DNA from: a virus
Taxonomy: Duplodnaviria; Caudoviricetes
IMG/VR virus record: IMGVR_UViG_3300021255_002485
Location: 1 to 64,000 of that record
DNA length: 64,000 nucleotides
Direction: 5' to 3' (one strand)
The notes beneath the pieces were generated by a model. It saw nothing but the letters and a program-made list of their open reading frames with translations. It did not search any database and was not told the DNA's origin. The position numbers were made by a program, and so were the translations under genes. Positions 10,506-19,809 of this stretch are shown here, in pieces (the first letter of the stretch is position 1; every line of letters begins with the position of its first letter).

Positions 10506-11339
10506 ATGGCTTTTAAGCTTGGTAATCATTCGATCGACGAAATATTATATGGTCTTGCATCGAATTTTAGCGATGAGCTGCTTTATACTCTGGATCAGCT
10601 TTCTTCTGCATCTATAGAGATAACCGCAGAGTCAACTGATATCACAGATAAGAAAGGTAATGTCGTACGTAGAATTTATCGTTCAAAGACTGGTAACTTC
10701 ACTGCAAATAACGCATTTCTTCATCCTGCTATTATGAACGCGGCTTCTGGTTCAGATATCGAAAAGGCTACTGATGAGAACGCTATCCGTATGCCTAGAA
10801 TTCTTTCTCTTAATGCAGGAGAGACAGTTGATGTATCCGATGCAGTTGAGGGAACAATTCATGTAATGGGACTGTTTGGAAATGGTGCTAATGATGTTGA
10901 GATAACTCAGGGTACTGAGGCTGTTATTGGTGAGACTTTTGCTCTTGTTGATGGCAAGCTTACTGTTCCCGCTTCTGCTGAAGATGCTCCTACAAGCTAC
11001 GTTATAAGATACGAGAGAGACGTTAAGAGCGGTATGAAGCTTTCTAACATGGCTGATAAGTTCCCGAACACAGTTCATATGACGTTCCTTTGCTCATATG
11101 TTGATCCTTGCTCGGATGAACTGAAGCCCTGCTATGTATATATACCTTCGTTCATGCCCGATCCCTCTGTAACAATTAACCTTGATGCAGAGAATCAGGA
11201 AATGTCGTTTAATGGTACTCTTCAGATGGATTATTGCTCTGGTAAGAATAAGATCCTTTATATTATCTACTATCCTGATGAGGATGTAACGGTAGTTGGT
11301 TCTACAACTGATGAAGGAGCTGAACCCTCAAACCCTTAA
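10506..11339 (+). CDS. major tail (tube) protein
   Basis: Strong RBS, 277 aa, beta-rich Thr/Ser/Gly composition, ends in a frameshift signal. Confidence 0.7.
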   Translation: MAFKLGNHSIDEILYGLASNFSDELLYTLDQLSSASIEITAESTDITDKKGNVVRRIYRSKTGNFTANNAFLHPAIMNAASGSDIEKATDENAIRMPRILSLNAGETVDVSDAVEGTIHVMGLFGNGANDVEITQGTEAVIGETFALVDGKLTVPASAEDAPTSYVIRYERDVKSGMKLSNMADKFPNTVHMTFLCSYVDPCSDELKPCYVYIPSFMPDPSVTINLDAENQEMSFNGTLQMDYCSGKNKILYIIYYPDEDVTVVGSTTDEGAEPSNP

Positions 11340-11374
11340 TGGCTCCCACGGTTAATGCCGAGGACGCTGGGAGC
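11316..11374 (+). promoter_or_regulatory. -1 programmed ribosomal frameshift signal
   Basis: SD GGAG 11316-11319, in-frame heptamer A AAC CCT 11330-11336, and hairpin GCTCCCA/TGGGAGC 11342-11374. The -1 frame is open into ORF 11339. Confidence 0.7.
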
Positions 11375-11728
11375 GAACTTTTCGGCACGCTCGTAAGTGA
11401 TATACAGGATGGTGTAACCGTATCTGATAACGCTATAACGGGTACGTTGAAGTATCTTGATACAGGTGATATCGCAGATTATTGGGGTGCTGGTAACTTT
11501 GTTGCTCTTAAGTTCACCAATATTCCTGCTGAAGCAACGTCTGTCATGGTTGGTCTTGATCCTTCTCAAGGCACTGGTCTTGTCGAAATCATATCTGATC
11601 CTGATAAGAACGGTGTCTTCAAGATATCCGATAAAGATACTCAGGTGTTTAAGGTTGTTGTTACTGATGGTACAAATACCACAACGAAGACATATGATCT
11701 TACAGGTCTTACCTTGGAAACAGCGTAA
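11339..11728 (+). CDS. beta-rich (Ig-like?) tail extension domain, probably fused to the major tail protein by frameshift
   Basis: In the -1 frame of the tail gene. Clear paralogue of the C-terminal part of 12399-12980 (ITGTLK, WG.GNF.ALKF, GLVEII.DPDKNG.FK). Confidence 0.7.
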   Translation: MAPTVNAEDAGSELFGTLVSDIQDGVTVSDNAITGTLKYLDTGDIADYWGAGNFVALKFTNIPAEATSVMVGLDPSQGTGLVEIISDPDKNGVFKISDKDTQVFKVVVTDGTNTTTKTYDLTGLTLETA

Positions 11729-11779
11729 TGACTATAGAACTCAATGGGGCTTCAAAACCCCATTGAGTATTAAAGGAGA

Positions 11780-12058
11780 TTGAAGATGCGCGGAGATAGA
11801 AAATGTGTTGTATGCGGTAAAAAATATAATTTTTGCCCTATTTGCGGAAAGAATGATCCATATGAAACATGGAAATACATATATTGTTCCGAGGATTGCA
11901 GACAGTTATTTAATACCGTCAGCGATTGGAAGGCTCAAAAACTTAATGCTACAACAGCAAAAATAAAGTTAGACAGCATTAATATTCCGCCACTGAAGAA
12001 TCTTCATTCTTCGATTAGAAAGAATATTGATGACATATATACCGCTTCGACGGTGTGA
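11780..12058 (+). CDS. small Cys-rich (zinc-binding) protein
   Basis: CVVC, CPIC and CSEDC motifs, with RBS. Confidence 0.6.
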   Translation: MKMRGDRKCVVCGKKYNFCPICGKNDPYETWKYIYCSEDCRQLFNTVSDWKAQKLNATTAKIKLDSINIPPLKNLHSSIRKNIDDIYTASTV

Positions 12059-12147
12059 TTAAAAGATTAGTGAATGAGATTGAAATTTATATGAGGCATA
12101 CTCTCATTCACGGAAGAGTATGCCTTTTTTTACGGAGTAAAAGGAAA

Positions 12148-12393
12148 ATGAAAGAAGAAAAATACTATAAAACAAGTAAGATTACGGGGCGAAAATACGA
12201 TATTTTTGAATCCATTAAGATTCTTAATATTTCACAAGCCATTTTTTACTTGCAGAATCAGATTAAATTACAGGATTTATTCGTAAGCAATGATAAGAAA
12301 ACTGACAAACCTGTTTTAGTGTTTGTGTTTAATAGAGAAGATACCAAAGATGTGTTTAATGAGTGGTGTACTAGAAATCAAGAAACGAGGTAA
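12148..12393 (+). CDS. hypothetical protein
   Basis: RBS before ATG 12148, downstream of a hairpin at 12094-12131. Confidence 0.55.
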   Translation: MKEEKYYKTSKITGRKYDIFESIKILNISQAIFYLQNQIKLQDLFVSNDKKTDKPVLVFVFNREDTKDVFNEWCTRNQETR

Positions 12394-12398
12394 ATAAT

Positions 12399-12980
12399 AT
12401 GTCTAATTATAATGTTTTATCAAAAATATCTATTCCCGGCACTGTAGTAGAGAAACTTGAGAATGAAGCAGTTGGTGTTAGATACAAGGTTAAGATTAAA
12501 AGCAATGATACACTTCAATATCTTTGGTTCGAAGAAGATGAAATTGGTGGAGGAAGTGATCCAGAACCCTCACCTGAGCCCGAGCCGGAGCCGACTCCTG
12601 TTATAAAGGTAACAATATCTCCGGAATCTTCATCTTCTATTTTATTTGGTACTTCTGTATCAGACATGCAGGATGGAATATCAATTCAGAATAATACAAT
12701 CACAGGAACTCTTAAGAAGCTTACAAGTGGTGATTTAGTAACAACTTGGGGTGAGGGCAACTTTATTGCACTCAAGTTCAGCGCAAATGATTGGAGTAAA
12801 TACAATTCCGTTAAAGTAGGCTTAAATCCCTCTGAAGGAAGCGGATTAGTAGAGATTATTAATGATCCCGATAAGAATGGAGCATTCAAGGTAACTAATA
12901 AGGATAATCAGAAGTTCGAGGTCAACGTTGACGGAGAATCCACCTTATATGATCTCTCTGGTTTAGTGCTTGAAGCATGA
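12399..12980 (+). CDS. virion protein with PEPEP linker and a paralogue of the tail extension domain
   Basis: ~50-aa N-terminal domain, (PE)n linker, then a domain nearly collinear with 11339-11728. Confidence 0.65.
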   Translation: MSNYNVLSKISIPGTVVEKLENEAVGVRYKVKIKSNDTLQYLWFEEDEIGGGSDPEPSPEPEPEPTPVIKVTISPESSSSILFGTSVSDMQDGISIQNNTITGTLKKLTSGDLVTTWGEGNFIALKFSANDWSKYNSVKVGLNPSEGSGLVEIINDPDKNGAFKVTNKDNQKFEVNVDGESTLYDLSGLVLEA

Positions 12981-13456
12981 TAATGGTTGCTTGTGACACA
13001 TCAACTACTAAATCGGGATTAGCTCTATTTGAAAATGGAAAGTATAAAAAACATATTTTATTAGATTATTCTTCAAATAAGGATACCGATTTACGCATTA
13101 ACCAAATGATCAAAGGATTGATGAAGCAACTTCAAAAATGGAATCCCGACATCATATGGATTGAGCATCCCCAAGGTCATGGACGAAATGTCAGTATGGT
13201 AAATAAATTAAGTGAGATATTGGGGGCAGTACGCTGTTGGTGTGTCTGTAAAGATAAAGAATATCACGAAATAAATCCGTCAGAATGGCGAAAATGGTTG
13301 CCAGACTACAATCAAGGTGGAAAATCCAGAGCCGAGTTAAAAACGCAAAGCATAGAATATGTCAAAAAACATCTTGAAATAGATGCAAGTGAAGATGAAT
13401 GCGATGCTTTATGTCAAGGACTTGGAGTGTTGGAATACTATAAACAGTTTGAATAA
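12977..13456 (+). CDS. RuvC-like Holliday junction resolvase
   Basis: RNase H-fold acidic motifs: CDTSTTKSG, IWIEHP, P.EWRK, DECDA. Confidence 0.8.
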   Translation: MIMVACDTSTTKSGLALFENGKYKKHILLDYSSNKDTDLRINQMIKGLMKQLQKWNPDIIWIEHPQGHGRNVSMVNKLSEILGAVRCWCVCKDKEYHEINPSEWRKWLPDYNQGGKSRAELKTQSIEYVKKHLEIDASEDECDALCQGLGVLEYYKQFE

Positions 13457-13468
13457 AAGGAGATAATT

Positions 13469-13867
13469 ATGAAAGCAATATACAATTTCTTAGAGTTTAT
13501 CAATGAAAATTGGACAACAATAGCTGCGTGTCTTGCTTTGGCATTCGCTATATATATGAAAATCAAGAAGATGATATTCGATTGGATGGCTTTTTCGGAA
13601 GAGGAAAAACAGGCTGAAATTGACAAACAAATAGAAAAAGCCAAGGAAGCTCTTAAGGAAGTTATTTTGAGCTATGTGAGTAGTGCAGAAATAACATGGA
13701 ATGAAGGTGGTATGGGTATTATAAAGAGATCTGAAGTTATAGATAAGGTATATGCTCAATACCCCGTTCTGCTTCAAGTTATAGATCAAGAAGAATTAGT
13801 AAAGTATATTGATAAGCTTATAGACGAGGCTTTAGTTACTGTCAGAGAAAAAATAAGAACAGCATAA
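13469..13867 (+). CDS. holin-like membrane protein
   Basis: N-terminal TM segment (WTTIAACLALAFAIY) followed by a charged helical region. Confidence 0.5.
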   Translation: MKAIYNFLEFINENWTTIAACLALAFAIYMKIKKMIFDWMAFSEEEKQAEIDKQIEKAKEALKEVILSYVSSAEITWNEGGMGIIKRSEVIDKVYAQYPVLLQVIDQEELVKYIDKLIDEALVTVREKIRTA

Positions 13868-13901
13868 ATTACGTATACATAATTCAGAAAGGAGGTAGTT
13901 T

Positions 13902-14909
13902 ATGCCTAGAGGTAGGGGTGTATATAACAGAATATACACAGATGAAAAATGGGAGAAAGTAAATCCCGAAAATAAAGGTATTATGGACGATTTTTTGACC
14001 GAATATAAACAGCAGAAAAAGTCTGAATCAACCTTGAAAGCGTATTGGAACGACCTCCGTTTAATCCTGGTCAAAATTATGGAAGACTTTGATAATAAAT
14101 CGGTTCTTGAAATGTCAAAGAAAGATTTTCGTAGGTTAAATTTATGGTTCGATGAATCCGGGATGTCTCCTGCTCGATGCAACAGATTGCATAGTTGCAT
14201 CAATTCTTTGCTTACATTTTGCGAAGAAGATGATGATTATGATTATGAAGTCAATCAGAGTAAGAAGGTTAAAGGAGTACCTAATGTAAAGGTGAAAACC
14301 AATGAAGACGATTTTTTCTTTACTTTTGAAGAATTTATTCAAGTAAGAAGTAAATTAATTGAACAGGATGAATTACAAAAAGCTGTAATGTGGTCGTTAG
14401 CATTTGATTCTGGAGCTAGACGCAATGAAGTATTTCAAGTTCAAAAACATGGATTACTTGAAGGAAATAAAACTAATATAGTCAGAGGGAAACGAGGAAA
14501 AACATTCCCCCTTGTTTATTTAGATGATACCAAAGAACTGATCAAACAATATCTTGAACAACGTGGCGATGATGATATTGATTCTCTATGGATCATCGGT
14601 TCGGGATCTAATAAGCGTCCTCTTACAGATAGTATTACTCTTTATGATTGGTTAACGGGAAAATGTAACCGGATTTTACAAGAAATTCGCGGTGAAGAAA
14701 CGAATATATTCTTTCATACATGTAGACATTCTCGCATTGAAAGTTTAGTCCAAGGAACAGACAATCGCTTAAAGGATGAAAACGGAAAGAATAAGAAGTT
14801 TCCTTTGGAACAAGTTATGGTTTTAGTCCATCACTCGGATGTTTCAACAACACAATCATATTTAGCTAATCATGATGAAGATACCATAAACGAAATGTTT
14901 GGTTTTTAA
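13902..14909 (+). CDS. tyrosine recombinase embedded in the tail module
   Basis: Catalytic set SGARRNE (R), HTCRH (HxxR), HHSD (H), TTQSY (Y). Confidence 0.85.
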   Translation: MPRGRGVYNRIYTDEKWEKVNPENKGIMDDFLTEYKQQKKSESTLKAYWNDLRLILVKIMEDFDNKSVLEMSKKDFRRLNLWFDESGMSPARCNRLHSCINSLLTFCEEDDDYDYEVNQSKKVKGVPNVKVKTNEDDFFFTFEEFIQVRSKLIEQDELQKAVMWSLAFDSGARRNEVFQVQKHGLLEGNKTNIVRGKRGKTFPLVYLDDTKELIKQYLEQRGDDDIDSLWIIGSGSNKRPLTDSITLYDWLTGKCNRILQEIRGEETNIFFHTCRHSRIESLVQGTDNRLKDENGKNKKFPLEQVMVLVHHSDVSTTQSYLANHDEDTINEMFGF

Positions 14910-14944
14910 CAATCTTATAAATAGCACAAAAAAGGAATTCAATC

Positions 14945-15130
14945 ATGTATACCCAAGAAATAGATGAATTGATGAGATCGGAAGGATACGTGATTACAAG
15001 GAAACAATATTTTGATATATGTAACTCTTCTCCCCAAATTTCACATGTACATTTTGATGCATATTGGAATAGATATCACATTTATACCGAAGATGGTGGA
15101 GATTGGGAGTTTGCTATCAGAAAGGATTAA
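14945..15130 (+). CDS. hypothetical protein
   Basis: 61-aa ORF with upstream AAAGGA. Confidence 0.5.
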   Translation: MYTQEIDELMRSEGYVITRKQYFDICNSSPQISHVHFDAYWNRYHIYTEDGGDWEFAIRKD

Positions 15131-15135
15131 AAGGT

Positions 15136-15384
15136 ATGTTAGTACATTTTGTCGAACCACAATGGTCTGATGAATATAAGAATCTTGATTACGACAATTA
15201 TAAAGTACTTTCTGCTCGAATCATTGAATCGTATGATCAATTTATAAAATTTATACAAGCAATGGTCGGACACGAGGTGATCATAAATAAAGAATGGTAT
15301 ATTGTAGATACTTATGCTTTTGAATTTCCTATGGACACAGATACTCTTCCGTGTCTTAAGGTGTTTGTTTATGAAGCATACTGA
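15136..15384 (+). CDS. hypothetical protein
   Basis: Likely start ATG 15136, just after the previous stop. Confidence 0.45.
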   Translation: MLVHFVEPQWSDEYKNLDYDNYKVLSARIIESYDQFIKFIQAMVGHEVIINKEWYIVDTYAFEFPMDTDTLPCLKVFVYEAY

Positions 15385-15401
15385 TTAAAAGGAGAATAAA
15401 A

Positions 15402-15947
15402 ATGTTAATATCAGAATTTGTAAAGAAATATAATCAGACAAAACAGAAAAATGCGATTATAGAAAAGCAGATAAAGACACGTTATATGCCTTATCAAATG
15501 AAAATTTTATTTGCACAGAATATTGTGAAACATTCAATGCATAAAGAAATTAATGGTAAGGACACATTTGTATTCAATACTCCTGTTAGATATGTTTTAT
15601 TTGTTCGGGCAGTAATCGATCATTATACAACATTAGAATGGGATAAACGCTCTGATGGTAATGAGTTAGATATAGCAAACGGTTTTAATTTACTTGAAGA
15701 AAACGGTTTAGTAGAAGTTCTAATTGCAGCTATCGGAGATGATGTGACAAAATTTACAACCGTCTTAAATATGGTTGTTGATGACGAAACCGATCTTCAT
15801 CGTTCACTTATTCCGTTTATAGAAACCAAGATAGATGTTTTTTCTATGGCTTATAATACCCTATCCCAAGCTCTTGAAACTCCAGAAATAAAGAATAAAA
15901 TTGTAGATTTCTTAGGAAAATCTCAAGATGTCGTGGAAAAAGTATAA
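15402..15947 (+). CDS. hypothetical protein (possible tail chaperone)
   Basis: AAAGGAG RBS, 181 aa. Confidence 0.55.
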   Translation: MLISEFVKKYNQTKQKNAIIEKQIKTRYMPYQMKILFAQNIVKHSMHKEINGKDTFVFNTPVRYVLFVRAVIDHYTTLEWDKRSDGNELDIANGFNLLEENGLVEVLIAAIGDDVTKFTTVLNMVVDDETDLHRSLIPFIETKIDVFSMAYNTLSQALETPEIKNKIVDFLGKSQDVVEKV

Positions 15948-16299
15948 CCCGAATCCTTTGGGTATAGACACCGGGGATTGTGTTCCAAGAGCATTATCTA
16001 TTGTATTGAATTGTAGTTGGGACGAAGCTTTTGCTAAATTATGCGTATATGCATTCATGTACAAGAGAATGCCTTCTAAAAATTTTATACATGATAGTTT
16101 GTTAAAAGATATGGGATTTGAAAGATTTACAGCTTGTTCGGGATGTTTTACTGTAAAAAGTTTTTCTGAACAATATAACAAAGGAACTTATTTATTGGGA
16201 ACCGGAGATCATGTAGTCGGTGTAATATCTGGAAATTATTATGATTCATGGGATTCTGGATCTCAAGAAATTATATGGATATACGAAAGGAAGGACTAA
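15928..16299 (+). CDS. putative papain-like/C39-type cysteine peptidase
   Basis: NPNP...GDCVPRAL (Cys), GDHVVGV (His), YYDSWDSG (Asp). Confidence 0.6.
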   Translation: MSWKKYNPNPLGIDTGDCVPRALSIVLNCSWDEAFAKLCVYAFMYKRMPSKNFIHDSLLKDMGFERFTACSGCFTVKSFSEQYNKGTYLLGTGDHVVGVISGNYYDSWDSGSQEIIWIYERKD

Positions 16300-16301
16300 T
16301 T

Positions 16302-16784
16302 ATGCCAATTACCACCCCAACTTATTATGGTGCGGCTCCAGCATATGCCCCACCAGTCCAACCGCAGTATCCACAACAAATGGCACCTCCAACTAAACCT
16401 GTCGAAAGACAGGTCTTTTTTATGGAGGTAGAGAATCAAGGAGTAGGCGATGCTTACCCTCTCGCGCCTATGTGTACTGCGTATCTTATAACTAAAGACA
16501 AGACGCTATTAATTGAAAAATCGTCAGATGAATATGGACGTATTCAATATGTAAATAAATACAATCTTGTCAAGGAAGAAGATTCCGTTCTTCCTCCACA
16601 ACCCGCACAATTTGATGAAACAAAATTTGCAACAAAAGATCAATTAGATGATTTTGTCAAACGTAAGGATTACGACGAATTACTTGAAATGATCGGAAAT
16701 TTGCAAGATGAGATTTCAAATATAACAAATCCAAATGAGGATTCTACAACATCTTCAAGAGGAAGAAAGGCGGGTAAACAATAA
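16302..16784 (+). CDS. Pro/Gln-rich hypothetical protein of six-gene module
   Basis: Start MPITTP after AAGGA, with a P/Q/Y-rich N-terminus. Confidence 0.6.
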   Translation: MPITTPTYYGAAPAYAPPVQPQYPQQMAPPTKPVERQVFFMEVENQGVGDAYPLAPMCTAYLITKDKTLLIEKSSDEYGRIQYVNKYNLVKEEDSVLPPQPAQFDETKFATKDQLDDFVKRKDYDELLEMIGNLQDEISNITNPNEDSTTSSRGRKAGKQ

Positions 16785-16972
16785 TGCAACAGAATGGGAA
16801 TCCAATTAGCAACATGCTTGCTATTCTCAGCGACTTCAATCGTTTTAAGTCTGAATATCACGGAAATGCCCAACAAGAAGTGCAACGTTTGTTGAGTACC
16901 GGGCAGATGAGTCAGCAACAATTCAACAAAATTCAAGCTGAAGCATCACAATTGTACGGATTTATGCGGTAA
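16784..16972 (+). CDS. small Gln-rich protein of six-gene module
   Basis: TAATG coupling. Motif QRLLSTGQMSQQQFN. Confidence 0.6.
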   Translation: MQQNGNPISNMLAILSDFNRFKSEYHGNAQQEVQRLLSTGQMSQQQFNKIQAEASQLYGFMR

Positions 16973-17161
16973 TTCAGACAGATGCGAGCGTAGGAACTCT
17001 CCTACGCTCTGGATTAAGAGACAACCTATAGAAGAAAAACACACTTGTTCACTTTAGAAGATTAATAGACGACTAAAAGGATACTTCAAAAAAGATATAT
17101 AAATCGCGCGAAATTTATATATATGTTTCTATTAATTTTTTCTTCTAAAGGAGGATTTATT

Positions 17162-17884
17162 ATGTCTCTTTCTAATGGCGAACTTTCCGCCGCTGATGTC
17201 GCAGCAGTTACTGGTAATAATGGTTTTGGTAATGGCGATTCCAGTTGGTGGATTCTCATTCTGTTTTTATTTGCTCTTGGCAATGGTGGCTGGGGTAATT
17301 GGGGTGGTAACAATGGCGGTGTTGGTTCAACTCCTTACATTGTGAATGACGTTCAAAGCGGATTTGATCAGGCGGCTGTTATGAGTGGTATCAATGGTAT
17401 TAATACTGCTCTTGCAAATGCCGAGGTATCAAGATGCAATACTCTTGCAAATCTGACAAATCAGCTCAGCACTATTGCTATGAATCAAGCTACTGCTTCA
17501 TGTAATACTAATGCTCAAGTAGCTGATCTTAAGTATACGGTAGCTACAGAAGCTTGTGCGGATAGACAGGCAGTAACAGATGCTCTTCAAGCAGCACTTA
17601 ATACAATTAATGCTGGAGTTCAGGGTATTAAGGATCAGATGTGCCAAGACAGGATAAATCAGAAGGACGAGGAAATAGCAAATCTTCGTACACAGATCAA
17701 TCTTTCTAACCTGGCAGCATCTCAGAATCAGCAGACAGCGCAGATTATAGCTGACAATGCAGCTCAGACTGCGAATCTGCTTCAGAGACTCAACCCGAAT
17801 CCCGTTCCCGCATATGTAGTAGCCAATCCTAATGGTTGCGGATGCGGCTATATGCCCGCTTACGGATGCGGCTGCGGAGCCTGA
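17162..17884 (+). CDS. Gly/Asn-rich membrane-anchored coiled-coil protein with Cys-rich tail
   Basis: AAAGGAGG RBS before ATG 17162. WWILILFLFAL hydrophobic segment, GW repeats, coiled coil, GCGCG tail. Confidence 0.7.
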   Translation: MSLSNGELSAADVAAVTGNNGFGNGDSSWWILILFLFALGNGGWGNWGGNNGGVGSTPYIVNDVQSGFDQAAVMSGINGINTALANAEVSRCNTLANLTNQLSTIAMNQATASCNTNAQVADLKYTVATEACADRQAVTDALQAALNTINAGVQGIKDQMCQDRINQKDEEIANLRTQINLSNLAASQNQQTAQIIADNAAQTANLLQRLNPNPVPAYVVANPNGCGCGYMPAYGCGCGA

Positions 17885-17913
17885 GTTGATCATCGGAAAG
17901 TAGGTGATTGACT

Positions 17914-18384
17914 ATGGCAGAATATACAAGTGTTGCAGTTCAAACTATAAATCCGGGAGAAACTGCAATTTTTACCGAATCTCCCAAACGCTGCCCTCGT
18001 GGATTTGTAAGACATAGAGATGGTTCGGGTACATTCCTTCTTTCAGGATATATACCATATAACACATTCGGATGTGCTTGCAATCGTAACGATGGCGCAA
18101 ATTATCTAATCGACTTCGGGGCTAATATAGCCGTACCTACTGGTGAAACAGTAGGCCCGATTTCTGTTGCTCTTACCGTAGATGGAGCTACGGTTCTTGC
18201 AAGTACTATGATAGTTACTCCTGCGGCAGTTGAACAGTATTTCAATGTTTCTCGTGCGATTAACATTGATGTCTTTAGAAATTGTTGCGAGACGATAGCT
18301 GTAAGAAATACAAGCGAGATACCTATATTGATGCAGGACGCTAATATTATTATTACTCGTCCTGATCTCTATGTATCTAGGTAA
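17914..18384 (+). CDS. Cys-containing beta-rich protein (BclA-C-terminal-like fold suspected)
   Basis: Beta-strand pattern (YLIDFGANIAVP, ISVALTVDG) with CAC and CC motifs. Confidence 0.5.
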   Translation: MAEYTSVAVQTINPGETAIFTESPKRCPRGFVRHRDGSGTFLLSGYIPYNTFGCACNRNDGANYLIDFGANIAVPTGETVGPISVALTVDGATVLASTMIVTPAAVEQYFNVSRAINIDVFRNCCETIAVRNTSEIPILMQDANIIITRPDLYVSR

Positions 18385-18395
18385 GGAGGCAGGAA

Positions 18396-18812
18396 ATGGT
18401 TGATTACGAAAAGATAAAAAAGCTTGTCGAATGCGAAATCGACAAAATTACTGCTCTTCCCGAAATGAATGATACTACTTTGTCTCATTTAGATAAACTC
18501 GTAGATATCTTAAAAGATGTCGAAGAGATGGAGATAGGCGGTAATTCACAACGTACTATGTATGGCTATTATGATGACGGTGTAGCTCCTGAATCTTCCA
18601 ATAGCTATCGTGGTGGCAATAGTTATAGAAACGGTAGTAATTATCGCTATGGTAATTCTTACCGTAATAACGGTCGTTCCATGCGCGGATATAGTATGAA
18701 TAGCGGTAGAGATGAATTCATGGAACACCTTGAAATGGCCATGGATACGGCTCAGACCGAACGTGAAAGACAAGCTATTCAAGAATTAATGAACGAAATG
18801 ACAAAAATGTAG
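18396..18812 (+). CDS. helical protein with NSYR repeats
   Basis: AGGAGG RBS. Four hexapeptide NSYRGG-like repeats. Confidence 0.65.
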   Translation: MVDYEKIKKLVECEIDKITALPEMNDTTLSHLDKLVDILKDVEEMEIGGNSQRTMYGYYDDGVAPESSNSYRGGNSYRNGSNYRYGNSYRNNGRSMRGYSMNSGRDEFMEHLEMAMDTAQTERERQAIQELMNEMTKM

Positions 18813-18819
18813 TTCATGG

Positions 18820-18848
18820 CACCACAGGCTAGATGTCTGTGGTGTTTT
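18820..18848 (+). terminator. intrinsic terminator closing the six-gene module
   Basis: CACCACAGG...TCTGTGGTG hairpin followed by TTTT. Confidence 0.65.
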
Positions 18849-18925
18849 AATAGAAAGTTACGAATCTTATCAAAATCGTATGTGATAGTAGGTTGCAGAT
18901 CCAAGGAAAACTGTAGGTGAAATAA

Positions 18926-19438
18926 ATGAAGTGGCTGATAGTAGAACAAGATTATTTAGAATACTTGAGAGAAAATGGCGATCATAGAATTCCGTTATCT
19001 AATTATGGAAACGATAAATACAAACCGTTCTTTGGAAGTTTGTTCCAATCTAATGATTGCTATTACGTTACTCAAGTTTCACATCCTCAAAGAAAACACT
19101 ATACATTAAAAGATTCTTCAGATTTCAAGAGAATATTTGTGCCAGATTCTAATAAATTATTAGCAGTTGTGAATCTGAATTACATGTTTCCGATTCCAAA
19201 AGAATTATACAAGGAATTAGATTACCGTGAAATAGATAAATATAAGGATTTCAAGAATGATGATGATCGCAACAAATATATAGACTTGTTAAACAGAGAA
19301 TTAGATGAAATAAACAATATGGATTTATGTCATTCTTCTTTAATTGTGTATGAAAACAAGTATAATAATCCAGATTCACGTTTAGCGCAAAGAAGTTTGA
19401 ATTATAGACAATTAGAAAAATTGGCTCTCAAATATTGA
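18926..19438 (+). CDS. type III TA toxin, ToxN/AbiQ-family endoribonuclease
   Basis: Family-like motifs DYLEYLR..DHRIP, KPFFG, YYVTQVSHP, AVVNLNYMFPIP and terminal (L)NY..LE. Confidence 0.8.
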   Translation: MKWLIVEQDYLEYLRENGDHRIPLSNYGNDKYKPFFGSLFQSNDCYYVTQVSHPQRKHYTLKDSSDFKRIFVPDSNKLLAVVNLNYMFPIPKELYKELDYREIDKYKDFKNDDDRNKYIDLLNRELDEINNMDLCHSSLIVYENKYNNPDSRLAQRSLNYRQLEKLALKY

Positions 19439-19500
19439 ATGACAGAGGTTTAGTATTGTGATATGCTTTTGGAAATATATTATTTCCAAAGGAGGGTATT

Positions 19501-19734
19501 ATGCCAAGAGTCAAGAAAACAACTACTAAATCCAAAACACTTTCTCCTATCTCACAGATAGACAAAATCAATGCTGAGATAGCGAAGAAGCAGGGTGAAA
19601 TCAAAAAGCTGAAAGCCGAAAAGAAAACTATTGAGAAAAAAATGGCTTCAGCTGAAGCAATCGAACTTCAAGCTTTGCTTAAAAAGAACAAGAAAACTGT
19701 TGCAGATGTTAAGAAAGCGATGAAGTTGAAATAA
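19501..19734 (+). CDS. small very basic coiled-coil protein
   Basis: AAAGGAGG RBS, Lys-rich heptads, followed by terminator GAGGGTAGC/GCTACCCTC-TTTT. Confidence 0.65.
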   Translation: MPRVKKTTTKSKTLSPISQIDKINAEIAKKQGEIKKLKAEKKTIEKKMASAEAIELQALLKKNKKTVADVKKAMKLK

Positions 19735-19809
19735 GATAAATTGAGGGTAGCATATAGCTACCCTCTTTTGTACGTACGTACAGTATTCTTTTAATCATAT
19801 GCAAGCGAT

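Noticed and set aside
18600-18675. 18-nt periodic repeats as the ToxI-like antitoxin array
   Set aside because: They encode NSYR peptide repeats with synonymous variation inside a gene and are too short for pseudoknot antitoxin units.
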